Of a stretch of 6,394 nucleotides of DNA, positions 1-6,314 are shown piece after piece; within the stretch, counting starts at the first letter, position 1; each line of letters begins with the position of its first letter. The notes under the pieces are model-generated. The model was given only the letters and a program-made list of their open reading frames with translations. It did no database searches and had not been told where the DNA came from. The stretch is from contig BAAFSQ010000440.1 in NCBI GenBank assembly GCA_054661495.1, positions 1 through 6,394 on the forward strand, read 5' to 3'. The position numbers and the translations under genes are program-made. The DNA is from Zygophlyctis sp. KS116 (lineage: Eukaryota > Fungi > Chytridiomycota).

Positions 1-75
1 CAAATTATCTTGGTGAATAATAAAATCAGAGATCGTGTGTTTGTTTTCTGATGCAGAAAATAACAGATCAGTGAT
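1..75 (-). pseudogene. Possible fragment of a LINE apurinic-like (APE) endonuclease C-terminal region, running off the window edge
   Basis: The minus frame reads ITDLLFSASENKHTISDFIIHQDNL, resembling the (S)xIDLxF segment that precedes the SDH motif of non-LTR endonucleases. SDH itself would lie outside the window. Confidence 0.3.
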
Positions 76-175
76 TCTTTAACCCTAAGTTTAAAAGTTA
101 AATGATCATTTATTCTAAGACAAACTAACGACGGAGCCGCGCCTAATAAGAACCTCCACCTTCCTTCAGTTTCCA

Positions 176-186
176 GGATTTGAACC
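176..186 (-). promoter_or_regulatory. RNA Pol III B-box-like motif
   Basis: The minus strand reads GGTTCAAATCC, matching the tRNA T-loop/B-box consensus. No convincing A-box or cloverleaf is present. Confidence 0.4.
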
Positions 187-216
187 CCACACCCGGTGAT
201 TTTCCATATGAATTAC

Positions 217-232
217 TAATAATAATAATAAT
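217..232. repeat. (TAA)5 microsatellite
   Basis: taataataataataat, abutting the second copy of the 35-bp repeat. Confidence 0.9.
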
Positions 233-262
233 GATCATTTGTTCGAGATAAACTAACGACGG

Positions 263-358
263 AGAAGCTGTACCCAATTCTTGATAAGATTATTCTGGCA
301 CTCTTCCGGTATATTTTTGATAAAGAGTCTCGGCAAACATCTTCATAATTTTTTGTCT
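263..358. repeat. 96-bp dispersed direct repeat, copy 1
   Basis: Aligns ungapped to 968-1063 with 4 mismatches (offset 705 bp). Confidence 0.97.
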
Positions 359-384
359 TTCCATCTCCTGGACCAAGCGATCAT

Positions 385-415
385 CTTCTGATGATACGGG
401 CCACATCATCAGAAG
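385..415. repeat. Perfect 11-bp inverted repeat (hairpin) with a 9-nt loop
   Basis: cttctgatgat-acgggccac-atcatcagaag. Confidence 0.85.
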
Positions 416-435
416 GACTTGACTTTTTCATATTT

Positions 436-852
436 CTACCGCGAGATGACATTTCGGGTATTTTTTTTCTTCAAGTCCATCATTAAATTTTCTTGCTGTA
501 ATAAATCGATCAGAGAGTCGATATAAAAATTAAATAGAATAGGTGAGAGAGAAGATCCTTGAGGTAAACCACGTAGATGCATGATTTTTTCTGATTTGAT
601 TCCAGAGACATTTAATCTGCTGTAATTAAAATCAAAGAGTGATCTTAGAAGTTTGATCATTCCGGTTGGCATTTTAAATCGCTTTGCAAGTAAAGTCCAC
701 AAAATTCGTCTATCGACCATATCATAAGCTGCAGATAAATCCAGAAATACTTGAATTAAATCAGGATTATTTTTCATAAGTTCCATTAGATAATATACTT
801 GATGCAGAGTTGATCTTTTCTTTAAGAATCCTCCTTGAGAAGTATGAAGCAT
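436..852 (-). mobile_element. Non-LTR retrotransposon (LINE) reverse transcriptase fragment, truncated at both ends
   Basis: Motifs QGGF...RST, FLDLSAAYDMVDR and GLPQGSSLSPILFNFYID appear in the order expected for non-LTR RT. The catalytic (Y/F)ADD is missing, and homology appears to stop near 475. Confidence 0.93.
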
Positions 853-967
853 ATCTTAGGGTTAGAGATTTTAACTAAAAAGTTTTTTATTCATCTGGAA
901 TCCAAAACTTCAAATCTTCTTGATCTAACCATGTTACTCCAATCAAGTTGACTAATTTCTGGTCCGT

Positions 968-1063
968 AGAAGCTGTACCCAATTCTTGATAAGATTATTC
1001 TGGCACTCTTCCGTTATATTTTTGATAAAGATTCTCGGCAATTATCTTCATAATTTTTTGTCT
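968..1063. repeat. 96-bp dispersed direct repeat, copy 2
   Basis: Aligns ungapped to 263-358 with 4 mismatches. Lies inside the 887-1681 minus-strand frame. Confidence 0.97.
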
Positions 1064-1439
1064 AACATCTTCTGTCTTATCACTATTGTAGAACTCGATC
1101 TCTTGAGCATACGATTGCGTTGTAACTCGAACAAGATTAACCCCCGTGTTTTCATAAGACAAGTTGCTTTCATCTGGCGGATAGTAGATAACAACTGTCT
1201 AATTTATACCACCGACTTTGCCGAAATTTGTTTTATATTTACGTGAATCCGTTGTTAATCTGTCGTTTGATCGAAAAGGCAGAGAATAATTGAACACATT
1301 AATTTTAGGCTTAGAAGCATATTGATCCCTTGAAATAATTGAATTATGACCAACAGTTCTATCAACTTGATTAAAATGACTTGTTACAGTCCTCATACGA
1401 TAATTACTTCCATCACTATTAACCAGACTTGGCCCACCT

Positions 1440-1523
1440 ATCATTTGATACATCATTGGCTTAAACCCACACATCGGTCCTCCATTCATCATTCGATACA
1501 TCATTGGGTTAAACCCACCCATC
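1440..1523. repeat. 48-bp-period duplication encoding MxGFxPMMYxM twice
   Basis: 1440-1475 vs 1488-1523, 3 mismatches in 36 bp. The period is a multiple of 3. Confidence 0.9.
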
Positions 1524-2243
1524 ATTCCCTTCATATGATACTGATCTTTTGAAATTGAAGGATGACTTTGTGTTGCACCCGTCATTGACTGTGATTCTGT
1601 CTATACCGGCTGCTTGGCACAATTAATATCAACATCCTGACTTGGAATGAGTGAGGATTTATGAGGATAAGTGACAGATAATCAAAGTACTACGAGCAGA
1701 GATATTAGAGCTTCTACGGTTTTCCAAAATTTCAACTATATCATCATCATCCTGTTCAAAATTTAAGGGCAACTTTTGCTCATACACCTTCATCTCTCGA
1801 GCTTTAGAAGGATCCTCTTGCAATAATGTCCTATTTTCTTCTACTTATCGCTCAATAGAATTTCTAGCACGTCACGTCTTTGATCATCCATTAACCGGGT
1901 CATTTCAAATTCATTCCCTCAATCAGTTCTCTTGGGAAGTCAATTCATGCTACTTGATAGAGACTATCAGTCTTCACACTCATTGATTCAACCTTTGATT
2001 TAAGAGATTTCATTACTGTATATATTAAGCAAGATTGCAGTTATATCTTCGTGGATCCTACCTTCAAAACTTTATTACTGATAATACTGCAGAGAGTAGT
2101 ATCCACTTGAGGCGTGAATTTAGAAAGTGTATGAACCCAGAAGTGAACAGAATTGTGGGTAATTTAACTCTAACACAGCTTGCAAACTTTTTGTTCTAAA
2201 ATACAAAGGACATTTTATATTGGAATAAAAACATTATCTTGCG

Positions 2244-2313
2244 TATTTAAAGTGCTTTAGCTTTAGGTTTTTTTGCAGTAGGAACATGGCTTTCCATGGG
2301 ATTCAGACACATC
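2244..2313 (+). pseudogene. Possible degenerate ankyrin-repeat (GCPWD-type) gene scrap
   Basis: Allowing small indels it reads YLKC..RF.AVEHGFPWDSDTS, resembling the LxCLxxAxEhGCPWDxxT ankyrin subtype. A Myb/SANT GFxWD motif is an alternative reading. Confidence 0.28.
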
Positions 2314-2470
2314 AACAATTATAGAACAAGGAGATGTGTCACAATTTCGTGGCGAATCCACCAAAGTCGAGCCATTCGAGACAAGAGAAAAGTCCGTACT
2401 CCGGGAATGAGTACGTTATTGTAATTTGGGAAAGATTAGAATTACCTTCATCCTCAGCATTGGAATCCAG

Positions 2471-2885
2471 CCAAGTTCTCCCTGCCTGTTTTAAGCCATA
2501 GATAGCTTTACGTAAGAGGCAGACAGAATCCCCAATTTCGAAACCTTCCTGTTTTAATGTAAATAACCTCCTCTAACTTGCCGTTGAGATATGCGGTAGT
2601 GTAATCACTTTGTTTAATTGCAAAGTTCTGAGATATGGCAATAGACAGAACACATCTTATAGTGACATAGCCAACAACTGGAGAGTAGGTGTCTGAACAG
2701 TCGATCAAATATCTTTGCGAATATCCTTGTGCAACTAAGCGAGCTTTAAATCTTAATGTATTTCCAACAGCATCTGTCTTTAAGTCGTAAACCCATCTGC
2801 ATCCAACAGTTCTCCTTCCCACTGGTAGGGGTACTCATTCATAAGTTCCTAATGTTTTGAGTGATATCATTTCACTCTCCATTGC
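2471..2885 (-). mobile_element. Ty1/copia LTR retrotransposon reverse transcriptase N-terminal fragment (RVT_2-like), decayed
   Basis: AMESEMISLKTLGTYE*VPLPVGRRTVGCRWVYDLK...FKARLVAQGYSQ...DTYSPV...DYTTAYLNGKLEEVIY, then a frameshift near 2552 into EGFEIGDSVCLLRKAIYGLKQAGRTW. TGA at 2835-2837; no YVDD and no LTRs seen. Confidence 0.96.
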
Positions 2886-4000
2886 CCTTGTAGCGGCCAG
2901 CCACGTCACGAGATGAGACGGGCGGCATACCATTTTGAATCAATACATCCATTTCTCCAGATCCTGAGAGAAAAATCAAGTAACGTAGTGTCACTATCAA
3001 AAAATAATGTTTGCATTTTATTTTTGTAGGTCAACTTTCCCCGTTTAGGTCGCGGCATTCCTAAATTAAAAAAAATGATTCACGAGTAAGAATAAGAGGA
3101 ATACAGGAAAATGTTCAGCAATTGTACTTTCAATGCTCCGAACAACATCTATATAGATTCCTTTGCTTATAAAATATGAATGTTGCACAATTTAAAAACA
3201 AACTTATTTTTACTTTTTAATATTATCCAAGAGGAAATGAGTAATTCCTCCCCCATCAAAAGCATAATTCCTATAAACTATTGATTTATAATGAAAACGT
3301 CAAAATTTTGTCTACTATAACCCTTAGCTGGACTGTTTTATTATAAGCCTTTTTCTGCAAATGGCTTTCACACTTTTTGCTATTGAAATGGCCCAATATT
3401 AACTCACCCAAAGGGGGTGGGTTGAAGTCAATCGCATATTTTTCAGGAAAGTTATCATATTCAAAAGAGGCCTGAGAAGTAGTCGCTATCTTCAAACAGT
3501 TTCAAATCATACGGAAATTTGTACGGTTAGTCCCACCCCTCAGCCACCTACCAGACCTAACTTTTACAGCTTAGTAAGTTTGCTGGAGCCTCTTTGGACT
3601 CAAGCCAATTGTTTATAATGTTCTTATCATGCCTTTAAAATCTCAGCTTCTACTGATGAAAAATCATAAAGTTATATACTATTTTTAAGAAAGCATACAT
3701 GAATATATAGACGCAAATTTTGATTATTAAATTTCATTTTTCAAAGTAAATGCGAAGAGATCTGCAAAAAGTATAATTTGCATTTTAACTTGAATGAAGA
3801 TCTAAAGAAATTATGCAGTTGATATATTGGAATATATTTTGTTTGGATTCCAAGAAAATGAAATAATTGAAACAATTGTATGATTCAAACCCATAAACGG
3901 TCATTCTGTCATCAATATTACAGAACACTGGTTCGCAATGCATCAAAAGGTTACTCGAAAATAGATTATTTATGGCCTCAACAAGGAAAGACCACACATT

Positions 4001-4337
4001 CTAACCGAACCCGATAAACCAGTAAGATTTTGTGTATTATATAAGATGTTATATAAGGTCACCCTAAAGACAAGTATCCATTACCACGGATAGATGATAG
4101 TTAAGATCCATTAGCTGGAAGAAAAATTTATAGTAAATAACAATACTTAACATCTTTTATTTCCCCCTTTGGTTCTTTTCAATTTTCGGTTCGACCCGTT
4201 AATTTAACAAATGACCGTCGTTCTTTTCCCGAATAAAACAGTCCGTTTTATCTGAATATCTTTACGATTTCTTCATTGTTTACATCGACGATATATGCAT
4301 ATTAAGCAGTTCTATCGAAGAACATTTTCGTCACGCG
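4001..4337 (+). mobile_element. Ty3/gypsy LTR retrotransposon reverse transcriptase fragment, heavily decayed
   Basis: Manual translation gives PDKPVRFCVLYKMLYKVTLK / DKYPLPRIDDS*DPLAGRKIYSK*QYLTSFISPFGSFQFSVRPVNLTN / SVLSEYLYDFFIVYIDDICILSSSIEEHFRH. YIDD is at 4281-4292. There are two frameshifts, and the LDLxxGYxQ block is deleted near 4140. Confidence 0.93.
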
Positions 4338-4344
4338 AGTTTCA

Positions 4345-4434
4345 TTAGTCTTATATTCAGTCTCTGAGGTACTCAAATTACTTAGTTTTATATTCAATCT
4401 ATGATGAACTCAAATTAATCAGTCTTATACCAGT
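4345..4434. repeat. 37-bp minisatellite, about 2.4 copies
   Basis: 4345-4381 vs 4382-4418 differ at 6 of 37 positions. A partial third unit starts at 4419 (tcagtcttatac). Confidence 0.85.
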
Positions 4435-4614
4435 TCTTTATCAATATCACGACTTAATGGCTAATCCCTCCGTTCGTGTGGTAAAGCGATGGGTGTTTAT
4501 CGCTACTGAGTCAAATAGCTGCAATATTCCTCTGATTAGTTGAAACATCTAGTTGTGACTGACGTCGCTACAGAACAATGACAGATGACGTCATTCTCTT
4601 TGAATTAAAATAAA

Positions 4615-5266
4615 GTAAACATAACTCTTTGATCTCACTGTTCAAATTGATTGGGTGCTTTTCTCACATCTTAAATTTGCCTGTAAAAAAATACTTCTTG
4701 AAGATGGTTTTGCAAAGACGGTACTTCCTAAGGTCTAGGACCCATTGAGAATTTTAAGTAATCCAAAGGGTGCGACTCAAGTGCGTAATTGTTTTGTTGA
4801 TTGTACCGGTCTGAAGCCAATAGAGAAACATGAAACACGTTGGACAAGTACCTATGATATGCTAGAGCGTTATATTAAGGTCATCCCTCATCTATCAAAC
4901 CTTACTTCTTAAATTGTAAGGTGTATCAATTGATAAAAAATATAGGGTTTCAAAAGACACTTTGACTGAATAATAACAATCAAAAAGTAAAGCAGCAACT
5001 ATATATTAAATCTGAATTAAAAGACGTAATAGATGATGAGAATGATACAAACAGTGATCAGGACTCAACTCAGGTGATGCCGATTCAGTAGTTGATGATG
5101 AAGACGAACAACAACTGTTCCTACATAGATCTCCGTGAAATCTTAGGTACCCTCTTTCAAATTTGGAGCTTACCAAGTAAATTTTTGATGCCCTACTGGA
5201 GGATTTGGCCAAAAACTCGCTATAGATGCAGAGATTATTCATAAGCCAGACTTTACAAATGGTATA
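4615..5266 (+). mobile_element. hAT-superfamily DNA transposase remnant
   Basis: LIGCFSHILNL (CxxH motif, Cys at 4656), a frameshift, then ...KV*DPLRIL...GLKPIEKHETRWTSTYDMLERYIK (TRW at 4835-4843). An acidic stretch follows, then IFDALLEDL / LAIDAEIIHKPDFTNGI (5181-5266), resembling the downstream FDxL...AxIVHxPxF block of some hATs. No TIRs recognised. Confidence 0.87.
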
Positions 5267-5561
5267 AGATCTAAGATTTTATATCCCCTTTGATTGGACT
5301 GCATTAAAGATTAATGTAGTAACCCTAAAACGATTCCAATTTCCAGTTTACGCACACCGGAAACTAGAATGAATCTTTTAAAAATTGTTCTTTATTTCCA
5401 AAATTGAGGAGAATGTACGTCTTCACTTGGTAATACCAATGCATTTAGAGAGTCCAGGTAACCTGTACATTTAAATTTAGGTTTTGGTAGGATGTAGGGT
5501 TAAGTTAAATTTAAATTTAATTGTTTACTGAATAAATTAATAACCCTTAAACCTGTCCTGA

Positions 5562-5651
5562 CTAAGTCATCGTGAAAAAGCAGCGCTTGCAATTCAATCC
5601 ATCAAGTACAGCTTGCATTTTAGCATACATACCAGTCCCATTTTCTTTAGC
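5562..5651 (-). CDS. Predicted downstream exon of the zinc-finger gene
   Basis: AKENGTGMYAKMQAVLDGLNCKRCFFTMT*, in frame after the intron, adding a third CxxC. Confidence 0.5.
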   Translation of the reverse strand, partial: AKENGTGMYAKMQAVLDGLNCKRCFFTMT

Positions 5652-5795
5652 CTGGAGTATTAGTATCAATTCTGAAAGAAATAAAAGCCAATATTCTCCT
5701 CAATATCTCCACCAACTAGAGCAAAGTGGGTGAGAATCTGCTAGCAGTTGGTGGTGGAATTTCATTGGAGATGTTTGGCGGAGATGTAGACATAC
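5652..5795 (-). other. Predicted 144-nt spliceosomal intron
   Basis: Donor AGG|GTATGT at 5795, branch-like TACTAAT at 5665-5659, acceptor CTCCAG| at 5652. Splicing removes the TGA at 5700-5702 and keeps the frame. Confidence 0.6.
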
Positions 5796-6314
5796 CCTAG
5801 CGTTATGTTTAGGATTCTTGATTTCATTCGTGTAACATTTGCAACCACGGCATTCGGAGTACTTTTTGCCAGTCTTGGGATTCAGGTCAAAAACCACCAA
5901 GACTCCGCTCTTCTTGCGCGTCTTTTCAACACCTTTGCATCTCGAACAAATCTTGGACACAGATTCAGAAGAAGGAGATTGTCCAACCAAGGTAGAGCCA
6001 TTAGACACAAACGAAACTTCCGCGCCACCTTCATCGGATTCGGGGTCAGAATTTTCGTCCAATTCAATTCTTTCCACATTTTCAACAAACTCTTCATCGT
6101 CAGAATATTCAGATTCATCCACTTTCACTCGTTTTCTTTTAATTGTCAAAGATTCTTCTGAAGATGTCGAACTTGAAGAATCCGTATCACTTGTTTCAAG
6201 CCCATCGGAATAAGCATCATCTACTAATGTTAGTATTGTTCTCAGAAGGTCATAATTGGACTCTTCGTCATTGAAACCATTCGCTTAATCAATAACCTAT
6301 CCAATTCGCGCCAT
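5796..6314 (-). CDS. Acidic N-terminus plus CxxC...CxxC zinc-finger protein, main exon (gene or pseudogene; start uncertain)
   Basis: The frame of ORF 5700-6149 stays open upstream to 6284, and an in-frame ATG at 6314 is separated from it by TAG 6297-6299 and TAA 6285-6287. It contains KRKRVK (NLS-like), a D/E/S-rich tract and KICSRCK...GKKYSECRGC, and ends at a phase-0 GTATGT donor. Confidence 0.55.

Larger units (their letters stand above)
101..264. repeat. Imperfect ~35-bp direct repeat (101-136 and 230-264)
   Basis: aatgatcatttattctaagacaaactaacgacggag vs aatgatcatttgttcgagataaactaacgacggag. The first 11 bp and last 15 bp are identical. Confidence 0.9.
887..1681 (-). pseudogene. Stop-interrupted reading frame of unknown function (~265 codons) containing ORF 1199-1585
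   Basis: The same frame continues protein-like past TAG 1601-1603, TAG 1199-1201 and TAA 995-997 (...GGIN*TVVIYYPPDESNLSYENTGVNLVRVTTQSYAQEIEFYNSDKTEDVRQKIMKIIAENLYQKYNGRVPE*SYQELGTASTDQKLVNLIGVTWLDQEDLKFWIPDE*). It contains an in-frame M/G/P-rich repeat. No family recognised. Confidence 0.55.

Noticed and set aside
160-235. Intact tRNA gene
   Set aside because: Only the B-box matches. The T-stem is mismatched and there is no acceptor stem or D-arm.
101-264. CRISPR-like repeat-spacer-repeat
   Set aside because: Only two imperfect copies, a 93-bp spacer, no cas genes and a eukaryotic context.
436-852. Bacterial retron, group II intron or DGR reading of the RT, with the 96-bp repeats as TR/VR
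   Set aside because: The motifs (QxGF..RST, LFNxYID) and the eukaryotic TE context fit a non-LTR element. The RT lacks its catalytic motif, and four differences are too few to support DGR-type mutagenesis even though copy 2 has T at all four.
986-1246. Plus-strand 86-aa ORF
   Set aside because: Antisense shadow of the longer minus-strand frame; TTG start and no motifs.
1346-1552. Plus-strand His-rich 68-aa ORF
   Set aside because: The His richness is the reverse complement of ATG repeats in the Met-rich minus frame.
3785-3997. Minus-strand 70-aa ORF
   Set aside because: Short, AT-driven composition, non-ATG start and no recognisable motif.
5006-5242. Minus-strand 78-aa ORF
   Set aside because: Antisense to the hAT/acidic plus frames; the poly-Ser is the mirror of GAT/GAA codons.
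5159-5462. Long TGA-free minus frame as a third exon under a UAR=Gln code
   Set aside because: It needs many UAR read-throughs and overlaps the hAT block on the opposite strand, so it is not independent evidence.
5805-6213. Overlapping ORFs 5805-6161 (+), 5839-6213 (+) and 5882-6118 (-)
   Set aside because: Shadow or alternate frames of the zinc-finger exon.
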